Assembly (NCBI GenBank): GCA_964545975.1
Contig: CAZJHY010000001.1
Span: forward strand, 24,094-88,093
Length of the DNA stretch: 64,000 bases
Reading direction: 5' to 3'
Source: an uncultured Clostridia bacterium
GTDB taxonomy: Bacteria > Bacillota > DTU025 > MWDF01
The translations under genes were made by a program, and so were the position numbers. The notes beneath the pieces were generated by a model that saw only the letters and a list, made by a program, of their open reading frames with translations, ran no database searches and had not been told where the DNA came from. Within the stretch, counting starts at the first letter, position 1, and each line of letters begins with the position of its first letter. This document shows positions 48,518 through 57,160 of this stretch, piece by piece.

Positions 48518-49704
48518 TGAAGATCCTTATATGCAATGTGGGTAGCACTTCATTGAAGTACCGCCTGTTCGAGGACACTGCATGGGAATGCATATCAAAG
48601 GGCAAGGTGGAGAGGATCGGCAGCGATAGCTCCACCTTCCAGTTTTCATTGCTCAATGGGGCAGTCCAAAGCGGCACAGTCGCGATAACGGACTATGAGT
48701 CCGCGATATCCCTGATGCTAGAGCACCTGGTGGGGGCTGCAGCTCCGCTAAAAAGCCTGGAAGAGCTGTCTGCCGTAGGCTTCAAGGTAGTGCACGCTAA
48801 GGGCATAACTGGCGTGCAGCTGCTGGATGAGCGGGTCATAAAGGCCATGGAGGACTACAACTCCATAGCGCCTGCGCATAATCCCCCCTATATAAAGGCC
48901 ATTAAGATATTCTCCAAACTTCTTCCCGGAGTGCCGATGGTGGGAAGCTTCGAGACCGGCTTTCATTCCAGGATGCCGAGATGCGCATATCTCTACGGCA
49001 TACCCTATGAGTGGTATGAGAAGTACGGTATAAGAAGGTACGGATTTCACGGGGCATCGCACCAGTACGTATCGGAGAGGATCACGGCGCTTCTCGGTCA
49101 CAGGCCAAAGAGGCTTATTACATGCCACCTTGGCGGAAGCTCATCGCTTTGCGCCATCAAGGACGGCGTATCTATAGATACTAGCCTTGGCTTCTCTCTT
49201 CAAAGCGGCGTCGAGCACCAATACAGGTGCGGGGACATCGATTCATTTATCATGCCGTTTCTTATGAAAAGCGCAGGTATGAGCGAGGAAGATATCGAGA
49301 TTGGCATGACGAAGAAGGGCGGCTTAGCCGGAATCTCCGGGCTGTCGGGAGACATAAGGGACCTTGAGGAGGCTTCGGGGGCCGGCAACGACCGCGCCCT
49401 TGCGGCGCTCGAAGTGTTCGCCTATGAGGTGAAGAAATACATAGGGGCATATGCCGCGGCTTTAGGAGGCGCCGATGCCATCTGCTTTGCAGGCGGAATC
49501 GGTGAAAACGGTTCAAAGATGCGCGCAAGGATTCTGAAAGGTATGGAATACCTGGGTATCGAGATAGACGAAACAAAAAATTACGAGCTCAAGGGCGAAG
49601 GGGAGATTTCTGCGCCTGAATCCAAAGTGAAGGTCTTCATAATCCCGACCGATGAAGAGCAGATAGTAGCTAAGCTAACAATAAACCTTGTAAAAGGGGC
49701 ATAG
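48517..49704 (+). CDS. acetate/propionate/butyrate kinase family protein
   Basis: N-terminal ILICNVGSTSLKY ASKHA motif; ~395 aa; start overlaps LivF stop (TGATGA). Confidence 0.75.
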   Translation: MKILICNVGSTSLKYRLFEDTAWECISKGKVERIGSDSSTFQFSLLNGAVQSGTVAITDYESAISLMLEHLVGAAAPLKSLEELSAVGFKVVHAKGITGVQLLDERVIKAMEDYNSIAPAHNPPYIKAIKIFSKLLPGVPMVGSFETGFHSRMPRCAYLYGIPYEWYEKYGIRRYGFHGASHQYVSERITALLGHRPKRLITCHLGGSSSLCAIKDGVSIDTSLGFSLQSGVEHQYRCGDIDSFIMPFLMKSAGMSEEDIEIGMTKKGGLAGISGLSGDIRDLEEASGAGNDRALAALEVFAYEVKKYIGAYAAALGGADAICFAGGIGENGSKMRARILKGMEYLGIEIDETKNYELKGEGEISAPESKVKVFIIPTDEEQIVAKLTINLVKGA

Positions 49705-49732
49705 TTGCCGGTTGTCCGGTAGAGGAGCAAAA

Positions 49733-50020
49733 ATGGACAAGCGTACATTGATGATTAATGAGGAAGACAACGTTGCGACTGCTATGCAAAAGATCATGCC
49801 AGGAGACAAGCTGGACGGTTACGTCGCCCTTCAGGTGATACCGTTCGGGCACAAGGTTTCGGTAGTCCCGATTATGAAGGGAGAGCACATTATCAAATAT
49901 GGCGAAGTGATAGGGGTCGCCAGCGTCGATATAAGAGCTGGTGAACACGTGCATATTCACAACATGGATGGGATCAGGGGAAGAGGGGATGTTTACTCAG
50001 AACCGGGTCATAAGGAGTAG
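49733..50020 (+). CDS. SAF-domain small subunit of split UxaA/GarD/SuyA-like dehydratase/lyase
   Basis: ~96 aa SAF-like beta protein immediately upstream of UxaA-C-terminal-domain gene. Confidence 0.6.
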   Translation: MDKRTLMINEEDNVATAMQKIMPGDKLDGYVALQVIPFGHKVSVVPIMKGEHIIKYGEVIGVASVDIRAGEHVHIHNMDGIRGRGDVYSEPGHKE

Positions 50021-50023
50021 ACA

Positions 50024-51196
50024 ATGAATCAAAATACAAACCAGTTCATGGGGTACCTCAGGGAGAACGGCACAGTCGGCGTTAGGAACTACGTTTTAAT
50101 CCTACCTACCGTAGTTTGCGCCAATGCCACTGCAAGATCGATTGCTTCCATGGTGCCGGGCAGCACCGTTGTAACTCACCAGCACGGTTGTGCCCAGCTA
50201 GGAGCGGATTTTGCGCAGACACAAAGGACGCTTATTGGCTTAGGAAAGAACCCTAATGTCAGATCTGTACTTGTTGTGGGGCTCGGCTGCGAGAACATGG
50301 AAGGTGAGGTTGTCGCGGTTTCAATTGCAACAACTGGCAAGAAAGTAGAGCTCATCACCATACAGAAGCTTGGCGGCACATTGAAGGCAACCGAGCTGGG
50401 AGTTCGCATCGCATCTGAGATGATGCGATCAAAGTCAACCGACTTAAGGGTCCCAGTAGGAATAGAGAAGCTTACGCTCGCACTCGAGTGCGGGGCCTCT
50501 GATTCGACTTCGGGAATAACAGCTAACCCCGCAACCGGGATTGCTGTGGATATGCTTGTCGAAAAGGGAGGCTCAGCCATACTCTCAGAGACTCCGGAAA
50601 TGATAGGAGCGGAACACATTCTGGCCAAGAGATGCTTCTCGATAGTAGTTAAAGACGCCTTGTACGGTATTATCGGAGATGCTGAGAGGGGCATAAGTGG
50701 CATGGGCGTAGACGTTAGAGGCTCGAATCCGACACCTGGGAATATTGCAGGTGGCTTAAGCAGCATAGAGGAGAAGTCCCTTGGTTGCATCTACAAGGCT
50801 GGGTCTGGCAAGATAATGCAGGTAGTCAGATATGCCGAGACACCCACCGAGAAGGGTCTTGTTATAATGGACACACCAGGTCATGATGTAGAATCGATGA
50901 CAGGGATGGCTGCAGGTGGTGCTCAGGTTTGCGTTTTCACGACCGGCCTTGGCGCAGTAACAGGATTTCCTATAATGCCTGTCATCAAGGTATGCGGCAA
51001 TCCTAGGACAAGCGCCTTCATAAGCGATAACATTGATATCGACGCGGGCCAAGTGCTAGATGGCAAGGCTAGCCTCCAGCAGGTGGCGGAGCAGATTTTA
51101 TGCGAGGTCATGGAAGTCTCGTCGGGCAAAGCCACCAAGGCTGAGAGCCTCGGATATGCAGACATCGCGATTAACAGAATCGGCCCTACTACATGA
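50024..51196 (+). CDS. large subunit of split UxaA/GarD/SuyB-like (altronate dehydratase family) dehydratase/lyase
   Basis: ~390 aa; GD_AH_C-like pattern; 4-bp gap to small subunit. Confidence 0.6.
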   Translation: MNQNTNQFMGYLRENGTVGVRNYVLILPTVVCANATARSIASMVPGSTVVTHQHGCAQLGADFAQTQRTLIGLGKNPNVRSVLVVGLGCENMEGEVVAVSIATTGKKVELITIQKLGGTLKATELGVRIASEMMRSKSTDLRVPVGIEKLTLALECGASDSTSGITANPATGIAVDMLVEKGGSAILSETPEMIGAEHILAKRCFSIVVKDALYGIIGDAERGISGMGVDVRGSNPTPGNIAGGLSSIEEKSLGCIYKAGSGKIMQVVRYAETPTEKGLVIMDTPGHDVESMTGMAAGGAQVCVFTTGLGAVTGFPIMPVIKVCGNPRTSAFISDNIDIDAGQVLDGKASLQQVAEQILCEVMEVSSGKATKAESLGYADIAINRIGPTT

Positions 51197-52215
51197 TTGT
51201 AGATAAGGAAATGAGGGATTCTTCGGAAAGGTACAGAATGCAGAAGTTCAAGAAATGGGTCGAAGAGAACGGCTTGAGGTTCGCTTTCTTCAGAAGCTGC
51301 GATATCGACATGGCGGTGTCTAGGGTACGCAACCTTGCTCCTGCCATAGACCAGGTGATCTTCAATAGGTATTTCGAAAGCTTCAAGACGTCTGGCGAGC
51401 TTGGGCTTTCAGCGGAAGAGCTGGCTCTCATTATCTACATCCCCAAGGAAGTCCGCACTGTTCAGTTCGAACTCTGCGATAAACGATATGAGGCGAGCAT
51501 CCCACCGCCCATATACTGCGATGAACCTTCCGATATCGATGAGTTCGACAAGGCGGTGAACGATAGGCTCGACGGTAAAGCAAGACCAGTAAGATTGCCC
51601 ATGAAATCATTGAGCGTGCTGCTTGGCATCTCACGCTATGGCAGGAACAACATCACCTATATCGATGGATTAGGAAGCCTTTTCATCATGCGATCTTATG
51701 CGGTGAAGGGGCTTGATGAGAACGATATCGAAATCAGCAAGCCGCTGGGTGGGTTCATCGATGAGGACTTGCAATGCCCGGAGTGCGATGGCTGTTTCGC
51801 ATGTATTGCCTCATGCCCTACAGGCGCTATCTCAAACGATCGTTTCCTATTGCATGCTGAGAGGTGTATGACCTACCATAACAAGAATGACAAGGAATTT
51901 CCAGCATGGATTGACGGAAGCTCTCACAATTGCATCTTCGGATGCCTTCAATGCCAAGTCTGCTGCCCGATGGATTTTGGCAAGCTAATCAAGAAGCCAT
52001 CGGGAGTAGTTTTCGATGAAGATGAGACCAGGTACCTTGTAGGAATCCACGAGACTTCTGAAGTCAAGGCCATCGAGGCAGGAATTGAAAGTAAGCTCGC
52101 AAAACTGGGCATAGCATATCTGAGAGAGTTGATGCCAAGAAACCTAAGAGCCCTCTTCGCAAGCGGGAATCTTATAAACACGGAGCCAAAGTTGGAGGAA
52201 ACTGATGCCAAGTAA
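51193..52215 (+). CDS. QueG-like (epoxyqueuosine reductase/reductive-dehalogenase-like) 4Fe-4S protein
   Basis: LGISRYGRNNITYIDGLGS...CPECDGCFACIASCPTGAI matches QueG cluster region; second CxxCxxCC site. Confidence 0.5.
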   Translation: MIVDKEMRDSSERYRMQKFKKWVEENGLRFAFFRSCDIDMAVSRVRNLAPAIDQVIFNRYFESFKTSGELGLSAEELALIIYIPKEVRTVQFELCDKRYEASIPPPIYCDEPSDIDEFDKAVNDRLDGKARPVRLPMKSLSVLLGISRYGRNNITYIDGLGSLFIMRSYAVKGLDENDIEISKPLGGFIDEDLQCPECDGCFACIASCPTGAISNDRFLLHAERCMTYHNKNDKEFPAWIDGSSHNCIFGCLQCQVCCPMDFGKLIKKPSGVVFDEDETRYLVGIHETSEVKAIEAGIESKLAKLGIAYLRELMPRNLRALFASGNLINTEPKLEETDAK

Positions 52216-53095
52216 AAGAAGTCAACAACTTCTAGGCTACCTTTTCATAATGTTCACTGGGGTGATGTTCGGCTCGTTGGAAGTCGCTTCCAAGCTTGTG
52301 CCCCATATAAACCCATTCCAGATGAACTTCGTTCGTTTTTTGATCGGAGGGCTAGTCATCATACCGTTCGCATTGTACGAAGTTAGATCCAGGAAGCTCA
52401 AAGTAAGCTTCGGAGATATCGTCTATTCAGGGTTCCTGGGGTTGATCTTGGTCGGTTTCTCCATGACGCTCATGCAGGTAGGAATATCGAAAGTGCCTGC
52501 ACCTCAGGTAGCTTTTATATTCGCCTCTAACCCGATAATCATCGCTGTGCTCGCGGCCTTCATATTAAAGGAGAAGCCGGGGTTGTTCACCTTCATATTC
52601 ATAGCACTGGGCATGACAGGCATAGTGTTCATTGTCGACCCCTTCCAGAAATCATTCAACCTGGACGTGTTATACCCTATAGCGGCTGTGACCCTTATGG
52701 GGACCTATATAGTGCTTGCTAGGAAGCTGTCCATGAGGCTTGGAAGCCTATATGTAACTGGTACGGCGATAATCCTGGGAACAATAGGATTAGGCATATT
52801 CAACCTGATTATCGGAAAGGGGTTATTCTCTGACATAAGGCCTGCGGATGTTCCTATCGTTTTCTTCATGGGGGCGTTCATCTCAGGGCTTGCGTACGTT
52901 ACCTATTTCAAGGGTATGGAGTTCATTAACACGAGCACGGGCAGCATTACATTCTTTTTAAAGGCCATAACTGCGACTGTACTATCCATATTGGTACTGA
53001 AGGATACCCCTGCGTTGTCCACGTACATAGGTGCAGCTTTCATCTTGGCCGGTACCGTGGTCCTAATAATCTCAAACAACCGTGCAGTTCGGTAA
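52205..53095 (+). CDS. DMT superfamily (EamA) transporter
   Basis: 10-TM EamA pattern; overlaps upstream gene. Confidence 0.75.
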   Translation: MPSKRSQQLLGYLFIMFTGVMFGSLEVASKLVPHINPFQMNFVRFLIGGLVIIPFALYEVRSRKLKVSFGDIVYSGFLGLILVGFSMTLMQVGISKVPAPQVAFIFASNPIIIAVLAAFILKEKPGLFTFIFIALGMTGIVFIVDPFQKSFNLDVLYPIAAVTLMGTYIVLARKLSMRLGSLYVTGTAIILGTIGLGIFNLIIGKGLFSDIRPADVPIVFFMGAFISGLAYVTYFKGMEFINTSTGSITFFLKAITATVLSILVLKDTPALSTYIGAAFILAGTVVLIISNNRAVR

Positions 53096-53145
53096 AGAAG
53101 TAGCGTAAAGACGTCACTACAATACTAAGAATGGAGGTAATCTGA

Positions 53146-53331
53146 ATGCCAATCATCGAGGTTAAGGTGCTTGAAGGTAAGTCCATCGAGCAGAAGCGCA
53201 AGGTGGCGGAAGGAATTACTCAGGTGTGCATAAACGAGTTCGGTGTAGCTCCAGATGCGGTAAGGGTAATCTTCACGATTATGAGGAAGGAAGACTTTGC
53301 GGTCGCTGGAAAGCTTAGAAGCGACAGCTAG
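53146..53331 (+). CDS. 4-oxalocrotonate tautomerase family protein
   Basis: 61 aa starting MPIIEVK (Pro1 catalytic base). Confidence 0.75.
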   Translation: MPIIEVKVLEGKSIEQKRKVAEGITQVCINEFGVAPDAVRVIFTIMRKEDFAVAGKLRSDS

Positions 53332-53483
53332 TAGCATCAAATAGCTGGGAGCAAGAGAAGGTGCGACCCCAAAGCCCTCTTTTTCATACTATATGCTTCA
53401 CATCTTGAGAGGCAGTCGGAGAGAGGGTTGCTTATGGTGGTTCTTGGACCTTAGAACGTACGAGGGAGAATTCTCCATAATGG

Positions 53484-53525
53484 TGACCTGCCCCCGAAGC
53501 TAGTGGCATCCAAGGGGGAAGGTCA
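53484..53525. terminator. long imperfect hairpin in convergent intergenic gap
   Basis: TGACCTGCCCCC (18-nt loop) GGGGGAAGGTCA, 11/12 pairs. Confidence 0.3.
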
Positions 53526-53608
53526 CTTCGCTTATGCAGACGCTGCCTCCTTTGCATATTCTGAGTGCGCCTCTATGTCCACTTAGGGGGGATCATATCA
53601 ACCCGCCC

Positions 53609-54487
53609 CTACCTTTCCTGTTTTACTTGTTCATAACGCACTTCCACCTGATAATAGGACCTTATGTGCCGAAAGCCGCAGGCGATTGCGGTCCTGAAAG
53701 AAGGGGTGTTATCGGAGTAGCAGTTCCAGCCAACTTTCTGCATGCCATGGTCGCTGCACTCCACGAGGAACCTGTCTGTAAGGGCTTTGGCTATGCCGCG
53801 CCCTCTGTGATCTTCCAGGACTTCTATCCCTATCTCGCATCCGACCGAACACATATACTCGCTCAGGCACCATCCGGCCAGAGCGTTTCCGTGAATCGCA
53901 GCAACTCCCAGGAAACCGTCGGATTTCTTTGTCATGCTGTCGAAGCGGTAAGCGCATTCAGATCTGAGAAGGTCAATATCCGATATCGTGTCGTCTCTCA
54001 ATAGGTCATTTTCGACATCTGCGAAGCGGTAGCCCTCGATTAGAGGGTGAGGCATCGATTCGAAAGGCAGGGAAGCCTCAAGATACTCCCTGCCCCGTGC
54101 AGTATGCGCAATTCCCTTCAGCATCCCCGACAGGGCGTCACCGATGGTTCGGTCGAATGCCCGCACGATCGCCCTGTCATGGGCGTGCCCCTCGAGCTTT
54201 CGCAAGGACACCTCTTTTCTGACGAACTTTCCGAGGAAATCTGCGTCCTGCTGTGTGTTTATTGATCCGGCCAGGTAGAGCTTGTTCTCAAACCTTATCG
54301 CCCCGAAACGAGGGTTCTCTTCGTCGTCCACCCAGGCATCGCAATCTTTTATCCCCTCAAGCACCGCAACAAGGCGGACTATCCGGGAGCTGTCCCCGAG
54401 CAGTTCGATTACCTGCCTTATAGTTTTCCTTCGGAAATGCATCTTCTGCCTCCGCGCCTGAAAAGGGCTTTGGCAACCACGCCCCAT
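53609..54487 (-). CDS. GNAT family N-acetyltransferase with N-terminal extra domain
   Basis: C-terminal GNAT motif RGRGIAKAL and acetyl-CoA site. Confidence 0.65.
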   Translation of the reverse strand: MGRGCQSPFQARRQKMHFRRKTIRQVIELLGDSSRIVRLVAVLEGIKDCDAWVDDEENPRFGAIRFENKLYLAGSINTQQDADFLGKFVRKEVSLRKLEGHAHDRAIVRAFDRTIGDALSGMLKGIAHTARGREYLEASLPFESMPHPLIEGYRFADVENDLLRDDTISDIDLLRSECAYRFDSMTKKSDGFLGVAAIHGNALAGWCLSEYMCSVGCEIGIEVLEDHRGRGIAKALTDRFLVECSDHGMQKVGWNCYSDNTPSFRTAIACGFRHIRSYYQVEVRYEQVKQER

Positions 54488-54590
54488 AGGCGCTTTTTGC
54501 CATTATGAACCGGACTGGGGCTTTTTTCAACTGCCAGACAGGGCGACGGGCTGCGTTAATTGCAGCCCGTCACTGCATTTACCCTTCTTG

Positions 54591-55016
54591 CTACTTGGCA
54601 GGCATATCGGGCCTCTCAAGCTCACCATAGGCCTTAAGAAGGATGCCTATCTGACCTGAGAGCCTCTCCATGCGCCTCATCCAGGAAGCTAGCTGGACCA
54701 TGCCCTCTTCGCTAAGCATGTAGACCCGCCTTGCCGGACCTGTGCCGCTTGTGTCCCACTCGGAGTAGGTGAAACCCATCATGTCCATCCTTCTGAGGGT
54801 GCGATAGACAGCTGCCTGATCCATCTCAGTGTCTGCAACAGATAGCCTGGATGCCTCCTGGGCTATCTGGTACCCGTGCGCCTTTCCCAGCTTTGCAAGG
54901 GCTATGGCGACTACAGGCACCATGAACCTGAACATCTTGCCGAGCCCGTGTCCCTCCATGCCCCCCTCAATGCCGCGCATCCTGCCCAACCCGAAACCGC
55001 CTCTTGCTCCGTGCAT
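54591..55016 (-). CDS. PadR family transcriptional regulator
   Basis: GYQIAQ...YRTLRRM...RRVYMLSEEG wHTH; Gly-rich N-terminus; true start may be Met at 54935. Confidence 0.7.
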   Translation of the reverse strand: MHGARGGFGLGRMRGIEGGMEGHGLGKMFRFMVPVVAIALAKLGKAHGYQIAQEASRLSVADTEMDQAAVYRTLRRMDMMGFTYSEWDTSGTGPARRVYMLSEEGMVQLASWMRRMERLSGQIGILLKAYGELERPDMPAK

Positions 55017-55143
55017 GATATCACTCCTTTAAGTGTCATTAACATCTATATACATTAAGCATAATGATGTGTCAATAGAGAAAGTAAAGCGATGGCGTTG
55101 ACACGGAAGCTTTGCTGTGCGATTTTCATATTGAGGTGATCGA

Positions 55144-55362
55144 ATGATTGAGATAAGGGGCAGGGTTCCCCTCGAGAAGTACTCCGGTTTCTTACCAGTC
55201 TCTTCTGACACAAAGGTAAGGCAGCTCTTCGACATCCTCGGCATCCCCGAGGATCTCAGAGGTTACATACTTGCCATAAGAAACGGCAAGATAATCCAGC
55301 ACAGCGACATTGTTGCGGACGGAAGCGCAATCGATCTGATTATTATCCCCGAGGGCGGTTGA
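55144..55362 (+). CDS. ThiS/MoaD-like ubiquitin-fold small protein ending in Gly-Gly
   Basis: 72 aa, C-terminal IRNGKII...ADGSAIDLIIIPEGG. Confidence 0.65.
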   Translation: MIEIRGRVPLEKYSGFLPVSSDTKVRQLFDILGIPEDLRGYILAIRNGKIIQHSDIVADGSAIDLIIIPEGG

Positions 55363-55496
55363 TCCTCGAAGGCATCCGAAAAACATGTGAAATGTGCCGC
55401 TGAAAAGGCGGCACATCTCTTATACCTGAAGGAATATGTCAACAGATGAAGAAACATACTCCGACGGGCCGACAGCCCGTAAAAGGAGTGAGGCAT

Positions 55497-57107
55497 ATGG
55501 CAATGAGGATGATCAAATTCCTCGCGGCGGCTATCCTTCTATCAATGCTAACCGGCGCAGCCGCCGGAGCGCCTGTTCCTGTGACGCCCCTGATAAACCT
55601 TCCGCCTTCTGTCCTTACTACGAAGATAACCAGCCTTGCCCTCTCAAACCTCATAACCATGGGCGATGTCGAGGGGACCACCTTCGGGGCATCAAGAAAC
55701 CAGATGGTGGCTCTTGACGCTGAGGGCAAGGTGACAAGGACCATAGCGATACCGATAGAGCAGCCCGCAGGCATATCGGCATATACGGCGGGCAAGGCGA
55801 TAGTGGGCGACGCTGGGACCGGCTCGGTTTTCTCGGTGGACGTCAGGTCAGGCCAGGCGATTAAGCTGCTGGACTTAAGGTCCACCCAAGCCGGAAGCCT
55901 GATTGCAGGCGATATCCTGAAAAGCGGCAGGCTTTCGAGCGTGGCATTCGACGGCAAATATGTATACGTGGCGATATCGGCAGGATACTCAAGCTCCATT
56001 TTCGCGGTCGACCCTGCGACCAACAGGGCGCTCATGCAGGCATGGTCGCCTGGAGACGAACCGACCGCCATGCAGTTCACGGCAGGAAACCTCTATGTGC
56101 TGGACGGGGCGAACGGACAGCTGAGGCTCTATGATTCCGCGTTCAAGCTAAGCATGCAGTCCATCGACCTTGCAGTACCCGATGCGAAAGGCATAGTCAT
56201 AAGGGGCAACGAAGTAAGGGTGCTCTCGCCTACGGAAAGGAGCATCACCCTTCTTAAGCCGGACCTGAACCTTCTCAAGATACAGCTGATAGAACCGGTC
56301 TGGCGGCCGATAGATGTGGTGATCGGCCCCATACTCACACTTGCGAGGCACTATGCCCTCCTTATCTGCGGCGATGTCGCCGAGAGCGGGTACGATGAGT
56401 TCTGGAACGACACCGTATGGATGTACAAGACGCTTCTTGACGCAGGGTACAAGGAGGACAATATTTATGTCCTCTATGGCTGGGGAAACGATTACATCTC
56501 AGCCAATCCAAACTACAAGCACGCCAGCAAGGTCACCGACTTCCCGGCTACAGTCGCATGGGTGAACAAAGTCCTGAACGGCTTGAAGAACGGAGACTCC
56601 TCCATAGGGGTCAACAAGCTGACGGCGAATGACAGCCTGTTCATTTGGGTGTTCGACCATGGAGGAGGGGGAAACCCCGCATACTTCTGCCTTAGAGACG
56701 GAGTGTATTACGATTCGGATTTCGCCAACAGCCTGAACCCCCTTCCTTACAGCAAGAGGGCGATTTTCATGCAGCAGTGCAGAAGCGGAGGCTTCCTGGA
56801 CAACATGCAGAATGACAGGAGCTTCGTGTCTACAGCCTGCCTTTGGAGCGAGAATGCGCACAGGTCAGATTCGGAGAATGAAACCTACGGAGGGAAAATA
56901 TACCATCACGGCGAGTACAATTACTATGTAATAAGCGCTTTGGCAGGCAAGACCGCGACTGGCGCCTCCGTGAACGCGGACAGCAACGGAGACGGCAAGA
57001 TAAGCGCCAGGGAGATGCACCAGTTCATGAGCGCCAGGGAGAATCAGCCCGAGACCCCGCAGATATGGGACAGCTTCGGAATAGGTAGCAGCTTCGCGGT
57101 GAAGTAA
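55497..57107 (+). CDS. secreted beta-propeller plus C13 (legumain-like) cysteine peptidase domain protein
   Basis: signal peptide; C-terminal LFIWVFDHGGGG (His motif) and AIFMQQCRSGGF (Cys motif) as in legumain/GPI8. Confidence 0.65.
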   Translation: MAMRMIKFLAAAILLSMLTGAAAGAPVPVTPLINLPPSVLTTKITSLALSNLITMGDVEGTTFGASRNQMVALDAEGKVTRTIAIPIEQPAGISAYTAGKAIVGDAGTGSVFSVDVRSGQAIKLLDLRSTQAGSLIAGDILKSGRLSSVAFDGKYVYVAISAGYSSSIFAVDPATNRALMQAWSPGDEPTAMQFTAGNLYVLDGANGQLRLYDSAFKLSMQSIDLAVPDAKGIVIRGNEVRVLSPTERSITLLKPDLNLLKIQLIEPVWRPIDVVIGPILTLARHYALLICGDVAESGYDEFWNDTVWMYKTLLDAGYKEDNIYVLYGWGNDYISANPNYKHASKVTDFPATVAWVNKVLNGLKNGDSSIGVNKLTANDSLFIWVFDHGGGGNPAYFCLRDGVYYDSDFANSLNPLPYSKRAIFMQQCRSGGFLDNMQNDRSFVSTACLWSENAHRSDSENETYGGKIYHHGEYNYYVISALAGKTATGASVNADSNGDGKISAREMHQFMSARENQPETPQIWDSFGIGSSFAVK

Positions 57108-57160
57108 TGCAACAGAAAACCGAGCCACAGGAACCCGGCTGAGCATCAGGAAGCGGCAGG

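Noticed and set aside
53534-54004. 156-aa + strand ORF antisense to the GNAT gene
   Set aside because: The opposite strand encodes a protein with a clear GNAT motif, so this is a shadow ORF.
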